From positions 1-48,795 of the forward strand of contig CAYJTA010000001.1 in NCBI GenBank assembly GCA_964372825.1: DNA of 48,795 nucleotides, written 5' to 3'. Of this stretch, positions 24,431 to 35,700 are shown one piece after another (within the stretch, counting starts at the first letter, position 1; every line of letters starts with the position of its first letter). The notes under the pieces were generated by a model. The model saw only the letters and a program-made list of their open reading frames with translations, ran no database searches and was not told the origin of the DNA. This DNA is from an uncultured archaeon. Lineage in GTDB: Archaea; Aenigmatarchaeota; Aenigmatarchaeia; QMZP01. The position numbers were made by a program, and so were the translations under genes.

Positions 24431-25519
24431 ATGGATGTCCTGACCAGGCTGGAGCTTATCAGGAACGTGGGAGAGGAGATAATAACACTGGAAGAGTTAA
24501 GGCAGCTCCTCGAGACAAATCCTAAACCAGTGGCCTATGACGGCTTCGAGCCTTCAGGCCTCGCCCCCATCCACTTCGGCATTTACCGTGCAATAAACCT
24601 CAAAGACCTCCTGAAGGCAGGCATCCATTTCAAGCTTTTCCTTGCCGACTGGCACGCATGGGTGAACAACAAGATGGGCGGCGATCTGGAGAGGATAAGG
24701 AAGGTTGGCGAATACTTTGTTGAAGTGTGGATGGCTGCTGGAATAGATATGTCAAAGATTGAAATTGTATGGGCCAGCGATATTTGTTCTAAAAGAGAGT
24801 ATTGGAAAAAAATGATAATAATAGGCAAAAATACCACAATAAAAAGGGCTGCAAGAGCCTTAACTATTATGGGCCGGAAAGAAGGGGAATTGCAGGAGGT
24901 CGCCCAGTATCTGTATCCCCTGATGCAGGCCGCAGACATATTCGAACTGGATGTCGACATCTGCCAGCTCGGTTTGGACCAGAGGAGGGCCAATATCCTG
25001 GCAAGGGAAGTGGCCGAAAGGATGAAATGGAAGAAGCCAGTAGCTGTCCACCACCACATGCTCATGGGCCTGCAGGGAAAGAAGCAGGCCGAGGGCTTTG
25101 AGACAAACGCTGAAATGGACGCCGAGATAAGCAGCAAGATGTCTAAAAGCAAACCGGAATCATCCATATTTGTCCATGACACACTTGGTGCAATAAAGTC
25201 AAAAATAGCAAAGGCATACTGCTCCCCGAAGGAGGTGGACAACAACCCCATGCTTGAGTACTGCAGATATATCATATTCAGGCACTTCAGGGAAATGAGG
25301 ATAGAGAGGCCTTCCAAATTCGGGGGAGACGTCTCATTCAGCAATTATAAAGAACTGGAAGACACATTCAAGAAAGGAGAGCTGCACCCTGCTGATTTGA
25401 AAAATGCCGCCGCAATTCATCTGGATAAGATTATAAGCCCTATAAGGGATCATTTCGAGAAGAACAAAAAGGCAAAGGAATTGTACGATTTCGTGAGGAA
25501 GCAGGAAGTGACGAGATAG
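24431..25519 (+). CDS. tyrS: tyrosyl-tRNA synthetase, archaeal type
   Basis: Close collinearity with archaeal TyrRS as I recall it: AYDGFEPSG..IHFG, LADWHAW, YPLMQAADI, KMSKSKP, and KFGGDVSFSNYKELEDTFKKGELHPADLKNAAA. Confidence 0.88.
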   Translation: MDVLTRLELIRNVGEEIITLEELRQLLETNPKPVAYDGFEPSGLAPIHFGIYRAINLKDLLKAGIHFKLFLADWHAWVNNKMGGDLERIRKVGEYFVEVWMAAGIDMSKIEIVWASDICSKREYWKKMIIIGKNTTIKRAARALTIMGRKEGELQEVAQYLYPLMQAADIFELDVDICQLGLDQRRANILAREVAERMKWKKPVAVHHHMLMGLQGKKQAEGFETNAEMDAEISSKMSKSKPESSIFVHDTLGAIKSKIAKAYCSPKEVDNNPMLEYCRYIIFRHFREMRIERPSKFGGDVSFSNYKELEDTFKKGELHPADLKNAAAIHLDKIISPIRDHFEKNKKAKELYDFVRKQEVTR

Positions 25520-25546
25520 ATCATATCCTTTGCTTGATGTTAAGCG

Positions 25547-26557
25547 CTAACCAGCCTCATACAGGCATTCTTCAAGATCTCTCAACAAGCCTGGATGCAA
25601 GTGCCTCATTGTCCAGCCCCTCACCCTGTCCCTCACAGGCCTCAGTTTCCTCTTGATGCCTTCTGGTAGAAATGTGAGCGTTGAGTATGGGGGGTCCGAA
25701 CCCATTCTGTAGAGAAGATATCTCACTGACTGCGTTGGCTCTGGCCTCCCGAAATGTTTCTTGAATACCCTGTCTTTCTGCTCCCTTGCAAATTTGGCAT
25801 CTACAGGTTCTCCTGTAATTGATTTCGGATGGCATCTATAGAATACGGAAACAAAAGACCCATAGGACGGCTTATAGCCGCCTTCCAGCGCAGCTTCCAT
25901 GCTGGATAGCGACATATCCCTGTCTTCCCCATGGGAAAGATTGGGATCGAACACGCCTTCCTGTCCGTATTTTGCAGCCACAAAGTCTTTCAGATACCTC
26001 AAAAAGCCTGTTCCCCACATTATCGTGTGATGATTGAAAAGCCGATGATTCCCAACAGACGATAGGTATTTTTCCCCATTCCCGCCTTTCCACCCCCTGA
26101 TCCCTATCACTTCTCCTGTCTCATCAAGGAAAGCCATATCAGTGTGCACAAAGCCGGTCCCGTTGCCCATTTTCCATATCCGCTTCTGAACGCTGTCTTT
26201 CGGCAGCAAATCATCCGAATGAAGAAACGCAATGGCATATAAATCGCTTGCTTCAGACCTTGTGAACACATCGCCACTGCCTGCGAGACAACAGTCTATG
26301 CCGAGATTCAGAGCATTGGAAGCCGTTCTCAGGTCTGAAGGAGACTTATCCCTTCTGATGTAACGTATTCTGGAATCATGGTATTCTCGAAGAAAGCCCT
26401 CCACATCAGAACTTGAGCCATCATCGACAACAACATGCACAAGGTTCAGAGCATCTGTCCTTTGCCTGATAAAACTCCTCACGGTATGATCAAACAGCTT
26501 CAGCCTCTCATTTTGCGGAGTTGCATAAACGGGAGATATGACAGCCGCTGTTGCCAT
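25547..26557 (-). CDS. family 2 glycosyltransferase
   Basis: AVISPVYATPQNERLKLFDHTVRSFIRQ, VVVDDGSSSD, and FLHSDDLL (DxD-like) fit the GT-A fold pattern. Confidence 0.7.
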   Translation of the reverse strand: MATAAVISPVYATPQNERLKLFDHTVRSFIRQRTDALNLVHVVVDDGSSSDVEGFLREYHDSRIRYIRRDKSPSDLRTASNALNLGIDCCLAGSGDVFTRSEASDLYAIAFLHSDDLLPKDSVQKRIWKMGNGTGFVHTDMAFLDETGEVIGIRGWKGGNGEKYLSSVGNHRLFNHHTIMWGTGFLRYLKDFVAAKYGQEGVFDPNLSHGEDRDMSLSSMEAALEGGYKPSYGSFVSVFYRCHPKSITGEPVDAKFAREQKDRVFKKHFGRPEPTQSVRYLLYRMGSDPPYSTLTFLPEGIKRKLRPVRDRVRGWTMRHLHPGLLRDLEECLYEAG

Positions 26558-26603
26558 ATAGAGGGTAAGATTATAAGCTATTTAAAGCCGGATGCATGTG
26601 GTA

Positions 26604-27323
26604 TCACCACTTCCCTCCGGCCCCTCCACCTCCGCTTCCGCCTCCGCCAAACCCGCCGAAGCCTCCCCTCCCGCCTCCGCCTTTCCCTGTCCCAAAATAC
26701 CCCCATTTCCTGCCGCTTTCAGACTCGCTCGTTTTTTTTGCGGCCTTGGCTATGCCTATGATAACTACAAACACGATTAAAAAGAAAACCAGAATCAGTA
26801 AAATATCGCCCTCCTCTATCTCTTTTTCATCCTCTTTATCGCCATTTCCTTCAATCTCGGCCGAAATCCCCTTCACAGCGCAGAATATGCCTTTTCCATA
26901 TTCTCCTGTCCTGAAGTTCTCCGTGAAGCAGTTTCTGCCTATCCTGCCGGCTTTCGCATCATTCATGCTCCCCTCGAGGCCATATCCGACCTCTATCCTC
27001 CATTGCCTGTCATCAACCGCTATAAGGATCAGAAGGCCGTTGTCCACCCCCTTCTTCCCTATGCCCCACTTCTGGAACAGCCTTTCGGCATATGAGTTTA
27101 TCTCATCCCCCTCAAGGCTCTTTACCGTCACGACAGCAATCTCTATGCTCCTGTTTTCCTCCAGCCTTGCCAGATAATCCTCAATCTGGGCCCTGCTGTA
27201 CTGGTCTATGACCCCTGCGAAATCATTCACATAGCCTTGCGGATTCGGGGTATCCAGCGCAGACTCTGCCTGGGATATGATAAGAATAAGGAATAAAGGA
27301 ATCAGCAAAATTTTCTTTGACAT
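26604..27323 (-). CDS. TPM-domain (YgcG-like) membrane protein with a Gly-rich C-terminal tail
   Basis: The track ORF extends to 27410. The internal ATG at 27323 gives the signal peptide MSKKILLIPLFLILIISQAES and removes the overlap with lemA. Motifs GYVNDFAGVI, IEIAVVTVKSLEG, NGLLILIAVDDRQWRIEVGYGLEG. A TM follows, then GGGGRGGFGGFGGGGSGGGG. Confidence 0.8.
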   Translation of the reverse strand: MSKKILLIPLFLILIISQAESALDTPNPQGYVNDFAGVIDQYSRAQIEDYLARLEENRSIEIAVVTVKSLEGDEINSYAERLFQKWGIGKKGVDNGLLILIAVDDRQWRIEVGYGLEGSMNDAKAGRIGRNCFTENFRTGEYGKGIFCAVKGISAEIEGNGDKEDEKEIEEGDILLILVFFLIVFVVIIGIAKAAKKTSESESGRKWGYFGTGKGGGGRGGFGGFGGGGSGGGGAGGKW

Positions 27324-27345
27324 ATGTCTATCTCCCCCTGCGCTG

Positions 27346-27915
27346 TCAAGGGAACTCGACTTGAGGCGCCTTTTCAGCCCCCTTCTCGGCCTCGAAATAT
27401 TTCCTGTCAATGAGTCCCATCTGCCCGGCTATGATGGATGTCGGTATCGAGTGTATGGCAGTGTTGTACTTCCTCACATCATCATTGTACCTCATCCTCT
27501 CGACAGATATCCTGTTCTCTGTCCCTGCAAGCTCGTCCTGCAGGCTGAGGAAATTCTGGCTGGCCTTCAGCTCGGGGTAATTCTCTGCAACAAGCAGCAG
27601 CCTCGATATGGTCCTTTCCACATCTCCCGCAGCCGCTATCTTCTCATCCTGTGTCGGGGCCGTCTGCCACCTTGACCTGATCTCTGTTATCTCCTTCAGC
27701 ACCCTCTCTTCGAAACTGGCATAGCCTTTGACAACATTCACGAGGTTCGGGATAAGATCAACCCTCCTCTGGTACTGCGCCTCCACATTGGCCCACTGCC
27801 TGTCCACAGCCTGGTTGAGGCCGACAAGGTAATTGTACGTGGAGACATACCATAACACAGTAATCAGCACAATTGCTGCTACGCCTCCGAGAGCATATTT
27901 GGCCGTGTTGTCCAT
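27346..27915 (-). CDS. lemA: LemA family protein
   Basis: 189 aa with one N-terminal TM. YNYLVGLNQAVDRQWANVEAQYQRRVDLIPNLVNVVKGYASFE is the LemA signature. The pairing with a TPM gene is the usual arrangement. Confidence 0.85.
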   Translation of the reverse strand: MDNTAKYALGGVAAIVLITVLWYVSTYNYLVGLNQAVDRQWANVEAQYQRRVDLIPNLVNVVKGYASFEERVLKEITEIRSRWQTAPTQDEKIAAAGDVERTISRLLLVAENYPELKASQNFLSLQDELAGTENRISVERMRYNDDVRKYNTAIHSIPTSIIAGQMGLIDRKYFEAEKGAEKAPQVEFP

Positions 27916-27960
27916 CGTAATTATTGGTTTTCTCCGCTATTTAAATCGCTCTTGGCGATA

Positions 27961-28686
27961 TCATATCAGCTCATCGCTGAAGTCTTCCCATGACATCTCC
28001 AGCTTCCTGAAATACTTGTTGATCTTCCTGACAAGAACCCTGGCTAAGCCCACCTTGTCAACTTCTTTCAGGCTCATATCGGCTGTTTCCCTTGCGAGCA
28101 AAGTCCCCTGAGGCTCAATCAGTTTTGACTTGTCCAGAGGGCTGCCGGAAAAATCAGGATTGTTTTCAGGGCAGACGATAAGCGAGCCCTTGGGCTGGTT
28201 GTAGTAATGAGAACCAAGGCCGTCATAAAGCAGCGCATGGAATAATCTTCTGTCTCCCCGGGAATAGGAAAAGAGATCTATTGTCGCTACGGGGACTTCA
28301 TACACTGCTTCCTCCCCTCCGACTGTGCCTGTTTCAACCTCCTTGAATGCGTATATTATCGATTGCCTAGGATGATATCCCAGAGAAATTGCAATGATAT
28401 CAAAGGCCGCCGTCAACTCCTGCGATTTCGCAGGATAATGTATGGAATCCACTTTTTTCTGCGTTCTCAAAAATCCGGAAAGGCCGCTCAGCATGATAGG
28501 CACAGAAAGCCTTCCAGCCTGCCCTTTAAGTCCGCTGCTCCTGTATGCATTTTCTATGCCTTTGGAAGCATCAACCCTTTCAAGGCAGCCTATTTTTTCC
28601 TCAACCCCTATGCCTTCATACCCATCATTCGCCCTGTCTATACTGAATTTCATTCTGGATTTTGGATAGAAGGTATTTATATCCAA
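27961..28686 (-). CDS. hypothetical cytoplasmic protein
   Basis: 241-aa ORF in the same long minus-strand gene string. No motif recognised. Confidence 0.55.
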   Translation of the reverse strand: MDINTFYPKSRMKFSIDRANDGYEGIGVEEKIGCLERVDASKGIENAYRSSGLKGQAGRLSVPIMLSGLSGFLRTQKKVDSIHYPAKSQELTAAFDIIAISLGYHPRQSIIYAFKEVETGTVGGEEAVYEVPVATIDLFSYSRGDRRLFHALLYDGLGSHYYNQPKGSLIVCPENNPDFSGSPLDKSKLIEPQGTLLARETADMSLKEVDKVGLARVLVRKINKYFRKLEMSWEDFSDELI

Positions 28687-28717
28687 AGCAGGCCTGTTAC
28701 CGGTGAACTGCGGCAGC

Positions 28718-29665
28718 CTATTTCTTCAGCTTCCTGAGGATCTCCTCGCATCTCTCCAGATGGTAGCTTGCCATCAAATCCAGGTCTCTGGTGGCAAAAT
28801 CGTTCGCAAGCCTGTACTCCTCCTCCAGCTCGCTTCTGTCAACGCCATACACTGTTGGCATGGCCTTTTCTATTTTCGAAAGCCTGCCTCTGACATCTCC
28901 CGGAAAGCCATCCTGCTTTGGTGCTTTCATCCTGCCAGCGCCTCTGAGAATTCTTTTAATTGTTTCCGTAATACCGCCTGCTTTTTGCTTGCTCTCAATC
29001 TCGCTTTTTTCGCTCACCTTTTTCCCGGACATCTCTTTCCCGGCTTCGCCTTTCCATTCGCCTGGCATTGTGCCCTTTCCAAGATTCATATCTTTCTGTT
29101 TCTTTCCTTCAATCGCCTTCGGCCGCCTAAGCAGCGCCTTGAAGCTGAAGGCCGCCCCGAAAAGCCTGCCCATCTCCTGCCTGGCTTCTGTCCCCTTTGC
29201 CCTTGCTGTGAGCAGCCTGTCCTGCTCCTTCACCATTATGCCCCTGAATGTCTTCTCGTCTATCTTCCTCTTGAAATACTGGATCTCCGCGTTTTTCCTG
29301 CTGGCTATTATGGCCTGCTCCTCAGCCAGCAGCTGATGAAGGCTTCTCCTCAGCCTTGTGTAGGGGATTGCGAATGCTGTCATGAAGTAGCTGCCAAACG
29401 AAACAACAACAATGACAGCCACTATGGCGTTGAGGTTCGAATAGACAAATTTCAGGAAAGCCAGGCCCACGCTTTCCAGAGAGGCCTTTATGAACTCATC
29501 TTCAGTGGCGCTCATCAGCTTTTCAAGTGACTGCAGGTCATCAGATGATATGGCCTTTTCCGCCTTCTCAAGGGCTTTTTCTATCCTGCCTATCTTCTCC
29601 TTCAGGCTTTCGACGTCTATGCCCAGGTTTTCAAGTTCTATAGTAGCATTTTTCAGATCTGCCAA
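28718..29665 (-). CDS. coiled-coil membrane protein, function unknown; start uncertain (TTG)
   Basis: 315 aa. Helical N-terminal region, a central TM pair (VGLAFLKFVYSNLNAIVAVIVVVSFGSYFMTAFAI), and a Lys/Glu-rich C-terminal half. Confidence 0.55.
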   Translation of the reverse strand: MADLKNATIELENLGIDVESLKEKIGRIEKALEKAEKAISSDDLQSLEKLMSATEDEFIKASLESVGLAFLKFVYSNLNAIVAVIVVVSFGSYFMTAFAIPYTRLRRSLHQLLAEEQAIIASRKNAEIQYFKRKIDEKTFRGIMVKEQDRLLTARAKGTEARQEMGRLFGAAFSFKALLRRPKAIEGKKQKDMNLGKGTMPGEWKGEAGKEMSGKKVSEKSEIESKQKAGGITETIKRILRGAGRMKAPKQDGFPGDVRGRLSKIEKAMPTVYGVDRSELEEEYRLANDFATRDLDLMASYHLERCEEILRKLKK

Positions 29666-29755
29666 GGCCTTGGGATATTTGTTCCTTATAGTCTCCGCGA
29701 GCCTGTTGGGAAGGACTTTTATGAGTATGGAGGCTGTTTACTCTGCCTGACAATC

Positions 29756-32700
29756 CTAGTCGGAAAAAGTCACAACGGAAACATAATCGCAGGGTCTGGC
29801 AGTCAGAGGCACATGGATCTTTATCTGCATCGCTTTTTCAGTGCCCTTTATCCCTTCTATCTGCAATGAGCCCTTTTCAGGGAAGAACCTGCAGCATTCG
29901 CTCTGCACCCCCACTTCCACATCAAGCCTCTCGTTTCCAGTATTCCTTACCTTCCCGCTGATGAATGCATCCATCCCCTGCCTGATTTCGAAGGACAACT
30001 GATAGAGCAGAAGCTCAAAGGCCGCGATTTTTTCTGCCTCCCTCTGTATCTTCCTGCACGCACGCAGCATGATGTCGCATTCCAGGCCGCCTTCGCAGTC
30101 CCTGTCGCTTGCACATGCCTCGCCTTCCCTGCTCAGGTTCTTGGCTGCCCCTATTGCGCTGCTTGATGTCCCGCCGCCTACTGAAGCGCCAGAGGAGCCT
30201 GAAGAGGATGACTGCTGGGTTGTCGGCACCACAAAATCTGTCCCTGAATTCTTGAAAGAATCAGTGCCTGATGCAAAGATGCTGAATGACCCGCTGGCAT
30301 CAGCTGCCGATAACGATTGGTTATTTGAGTATATTCCGTCGCTCTCTTTGCTGAGAAGAGCAAACTGGTTATTGCACTTGTTGGTCTGGCACTGGACAAT
30401 CACAGAGGCGTCAGCTACAGGCTCTGATCTTATGTTCAGCACCCTCACCCTCATATTTATCTGCTGGCCTGAGCTTACAAATTCGTTTGCTATCGGGCTT
30501 ATTATCTGGGTTGTAAGGGATTTGTAGACCCCGAATGCCGCTGTTGCGACCCCCCTGTTTCCGCTCCTGCTGGCATTGGCATAGACCACATACGTCGCAC
30601 TGCTGCCTGAATCGGCATCGGGCTTGTCAGTTGCCTCTATCCTGTAGTATGCCGAACCCTGAACAGAGCCGTTGGCCACAGTGGCATTTGCCGCAGACCT
30701 GTCGAGGATGATGCTGAGGTTGAAGCCTGTCACATTCTCATTGTTGGCATTTCTGACGATCACATTGATGCTGACATTCTCGCCCTTGTTGTACGAGCTG
30801 TATGGAGTTGACACGTTTACAGTGTACACATCTGTCACATTGAAGCTGCCTGCGGATGATGAGTTTATGTTTCCCGACATGTCGGAAGCAAAAACAATGA
30901 ACGAGAAATTGCCGGTCTCATTCGCATTTGTGAAATCAAGAGAATAGAGACTGTTCCTTATCTGCGAGGCGGAATGGTTTTGCCTCCCTCCCGAAGGGTG
31001 CGTCACCTGCACCGTGACAGAATTTATTATCGAATTGTCCGTCACATTGGCGGATATGGTATTGGTTTCGTACAGGTTAAGGGTGCTGTAGGCCTTGGAG
31101 ACGGAGTTTATCTGCGGCCTCTGGCTGTCGCTGGCTATGACAATCACGAGCATGCTACTGTTTGCGGGCTGGTGGTAGGTGGAGTTGACAGTGAAGTTGA
31201 CATACGCCTGGCCTGCAGCCGTGCCGTTTACTGTGAAGCTTACCTTCCTCGGTTTTGTGCCTTCAAACGTCACATTGCCGATGTTCCTGAAGTTTTCCGT
31301 AAGATTAATCACGCCTGATGATGAAGAATATGCCGATACATTTATCAGATCCCCATTGCTCGGGGTAAGGAGCATGCTTATGTTGGCAGGCTGGCCAAGA
31401 GGTATGGATACCTGGCTGCCATTGCCGTCAGCAGGCTCTATGCTTATGTTTCCTAGCGGCACAGAAAAGGTTAAGTTTTTCGTGACAGTGATCCTCATTA
31501 TGGCTGTAACAGAGACTGTGTAATTTCCTGACCTTGTGACGTTCCTGTATGCTCCTGAGTACTGCAGACTGCTGCCTGAAACACGTGAGAGAGATACAAT
31601 CTCAGTAACATTCCCCGGCTTCATAATCAGCGCCCTCACGCTCTGCACGGAGCTAGCATTCCCGCTTATGTTGGCCTGTATTGCAAGGGTATTGTTCACG
31701 GGCAGGCTTGAATTGGAAAGGGATACATTGAACTGGAGCTCCTTTACCTCCAGCTGCATGGTCGTATTCAGCGATCCGATGTTTCCCTGGCTGTCGTTCG
31801 CATATTCTGCAAGTATCGTGTAGTTCCTGCTGTCCTGGGTCTGGTTTAACACAAGCTCCCATGTCCCTGATTGGAGGCTGCCGGTGAGTAAGGAGAGGCT
31901 CATGTTGGTGAGGTTGCCATAGCTGTCGTTCACCATCACCCATGCGGCTGTCACATTGGCATTGTCTGTAGCAGCAAGAGTGACTGAAGATGACTCATTG
32001 ACATTGACAATATTCAGCGAGATGTCAGCCGAGGATATCTCAGGCCTCTCGGCGTCAAGGGCAGTCACGATCACGCTATTGCTGGCATTGAACATGCCTG
32101 AGAGGCCATCTATGGCCGTTGCAGTGAAGTTGAAGATGCCAGCTGCCGGCAGGGATATGTTCCAGCTTGCTGTCCTGCTGCTATTGGATGGTATGCTTTC
32201 AATGATCGTATAGTTGTTTCCTGCATCCGAAGAGAATGATGCATTGACATAGTATGCCTTTCCGCTTCTCCCCTCTTTGGCATCATTAGTGACAGTGACG
32301 CTGAAGTTGAAGTAACCGCTCTGGTTGAATACGCATGCTCCAAGGCCATTGCAGAGCATCGAGGTTATGTTAAGGAGAGGGGAGATGGTTGTGGTATAAT
32401 CAGAAATGTTTGTCTCTCCCGCGCCTATTGTCCATGAAGAGTTTGTATCCTGAACTTTTGCCGATGCGCTGGTGTTTGCTGTTATATTGATTGAGGAGAC
32501 AGCAGTCAGAGGGGTTGCAGTTATCAGGTTTCCTGCATAAATCATGGAGCATGCTGAGCCGCATTCATACCGGCTTATATTGGAATAGGAATCAGGCAGG
32601 AAGAGGTTAAAACTTTTATTGGCCATGCTCCTGTTGAAATTGATGGATAGCAGGATGGAGCCGTTTGTGGCCGAATCTATTGTTTTTGATCCGTTTATTG

Positions 32701-35700
32701 TCGCCGACAGCGTCGAATTGACAACAAGGAAGCTCCTGTTTAGCTGGGTCTCATTGAGGCCCGCTGCATTCCCCATGCTGTCATTCGCGAACAGCATCGT
32801 GATTGTGTGCCTTCCTGTCGCATTTGTATTCGCAAATGCCAGGGAAAAGTTTGCTTCTCCTGAATAAGGAGACATGCTGAAGTTCCTCCTCATGCCGGAA
32901 TAGTTCAGTTCCACGATGGCGTGGCTGATGCCGCCTGCGTCTGACAAATTGGCCATTATCCTGATGCTCTCGAAGGGATGCACCCTGGCATCGCTGAAAA
33001 TCGCATCTGTCACATTGAATGATATGTTGCCTGATGTCGGAGGGGCGTTGTCAAGGGTATAAGCCGCATACGTCGAAATTGTATTTCCTGCGGAATCAGT
33101 TGCATATAATGTGACATTTCTTTGCCCATTGCCTGAAAAGGCCGGACTGAAACCGATCCCGCTCGGGAAGCTTGTGTTTGTCCCGTTTCCGTTGTCGAAA
33201 CGAAGGGAAGCCATGCCTGAGGCAGAGTCGGAAACTGCCACAGTAAGCTGTGTGGAGGATGTTATCCTGCTGCCGTTTGCCGGGCTCGTGGAAATGAATG
33301 ATGGCTTAGTGAGGTCAACAGAAAAATTCCTGCCTGCTGAGGCTGTCAGTCCGACAGAGTCATTGGCCTGCACTGTCACCTCGCACTTTCCCATGCCCTC
33401 TGTCTGGCAGTAGGAGATATTTGCGAGGAAAGGCTGGCCGCATGGAATTGTTATCCACCCTGATTCTGAGCTTCCTGCAATTCTGGACATGCAGGATAAA
33501 TTGCTGGTATCTGCAGCGGAGAAGGTCACATTAAAACTGTTTGACTGCCAGCTGTTGGCGGCAGGAGATGCGATTGATACAGAAGGCTGTGTGTTGTCAG
33601 TGCTCAGGTATATACTGCTTGTATTGCTGTTTCCAGCTTCATCTGTTGCTGAAACCTCTATCATGCAGTTCGAAGCATTGTTGTCGGAGCAGAGCTGGGT
33701 GCTGAAGCTGATGTTGGACGCGCAGCTCGTGTTGAATGGGCCATTCGTTCCTGACTGGGCGAAGCTCCAGCTGCAGGAGCCCAGCCTGACGGCATCTGAG
33801 GCAGAGAAGCTCACATTTATCGCGCGTGTCTGTAGGCTAGCATTGGAAGGGGATGTTATGGAAACAGATGGCTTCTGCCTGTCTATGTATGCCCAGCTCC
33901 TGTCTGTCGCCGATGCTGTCGTGTTGTCTATTGAAGTGAAATTGACAGAATAGTTTCCATCCGCAAGGCTCTGGATGTTTATTGTATTTGTAAATGAACA
34001 TGTAGTTGAGCTGATGCCCGCTACCGAATAATTGGCTATCAATGTCGAATTGTAAATATAGTAGCTGCACTCCGTCAGTATCCTGCCTATTACTGCGGAG
34101 CCTCTCATGTCGAGGCTGAAATTGCCGCCTAATATCTTTTCTCTGGGAAAGACTATCGCAGCAGTGGGCTTCTGATTGTCGACTGAAAATGTAGCGTTCC
34201 TGCTTGCCGCATTGCTCGCATTGTCAGAGGAGTTTACCACAAGGACAAATGTTGCGACAGTATACGGATTGCTGTCGAACGTCGAGTTCCAGTTAGGATA
34301 TGTGAGGTTGCCGCTGGAAATCGTCTGGCTCATGTTGCTTGCGTTGAGGATGCTGTATGTCGCATTGGTTGCTCCTGCCCCCAAGTCGGTTATGTTGGCC
34401 CTTATCTCGATTGCGCCTGACCTGCTGCTCCCATCGGGAGGGTTGAGAATCGTTATTGAAGGCGCCTTCCTGTCTATCCTTATCAGGCTGCTGTTTTTAG
34501 TGCTCTCCAGATTGCCCACGCTGTCATTGCTCCTGTACCGGACATATATCTGGCACTCCTCACCCTGGCCGCATGCTGCTGTTGCCACTGCTCCTGCCGT
34601 TGCCGGCATGCACTCAGGCTGGGTTGTCCTGTAAGTGCAATATAATGTGACACTGCATGCAGTCACGTTGTCTGTGCAGTTCAGCCTTACAGCCTGGTCG
34701 CTTGTTTTCCAGTCAGGGGATGTATAATTGTCTGAAGTGTTTGGCGGCGTCACATCCAGCGTGTAAAAAAGGAGGGTATTGTTCGCATTTCCTGCGCTGT
34801 CATTCGCATATACTGTGAGGTTCCTGAGGCCTTCCCCTGTGAACCCCGGGCTGAATGAGATATTGTTTGTTATGCTGAAATTCGTGCCGTTGCCGTTATT
34901 GGCAAGAGCATTAGCGCCCGAAACGGCATCAGAAAAGGATATGGTGGCTGTTGTACTGCCTGTTATGTTGGAGTTGTTTGCAGGGGAGAATGAAGAGAAA
35001 GAGGGCGCTGTATTGTCAGCAATAAAGGCAAAAAGCGTCGTGTTTGTATTTCCTGCGGAATCATTCGCATACGCCCTCAGAGTCCTGCTGCCTTCGGCCG
35101 TATAGCCAGGATTGAAAGAGACATTGTCTGCAAAGCTCGTATTTGTTCCATTGCCGTTATCAAACCAGCTGGCGGCTATGCCTGAAAATGATTCTATTAA
35201 ATCTATCCTTATGTTCCTTGCAAAGTTTATATAGGAGCCGTTGGCAGGATCCATCAGATTGAATGCAGGGGCCGTGTTGTCGACGGCAAACGAATAAAGG
35301 GTCCAGTTCTGGTTGCCCGAATTGTCCATGAAGCTTGCATTCAGCGTCTTGTTCCCTTCGCTCGCATAACCTGGATTGAATGCCGCGCCGCTGGAAAAGC
35401 CTGTTTTTGTCCCATTGCCGTTGTCGAATGTGTGGCCTGAGCTTGCAACGCCTGAAAGGCTGTCGTTCAGCGCTATAGTGAGGTTTGCCGAAGAGGTTAT
35501 GAATGAGTTGTTGGCCCTCGATATCGATACTATATAGGGAGGCTGGCGGTCGATGGTAATCGTATCACTCAGTGTGGTTGTCTGCACATTCCCTGCTGTA
35601 TCTTTCACCTGCACATAAATTGTTTTCAGGCCATCGGAATTCGTGCAGCCATAACTTGAATTTGTGAAATTGAAATCAGAATATGTTGTAGTCCATGCTA

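Noticed and set aside
26596-27177. Proline-rich 193-aa plus-strand ORF (PPAPPPPLPPPPNPPKPPLPPPP...).
   Set aside because: It is the reverse complement of the Gly-rich tail and TM of the TPM-domain gene, whose family motifs are unambiguous on the minus strand.
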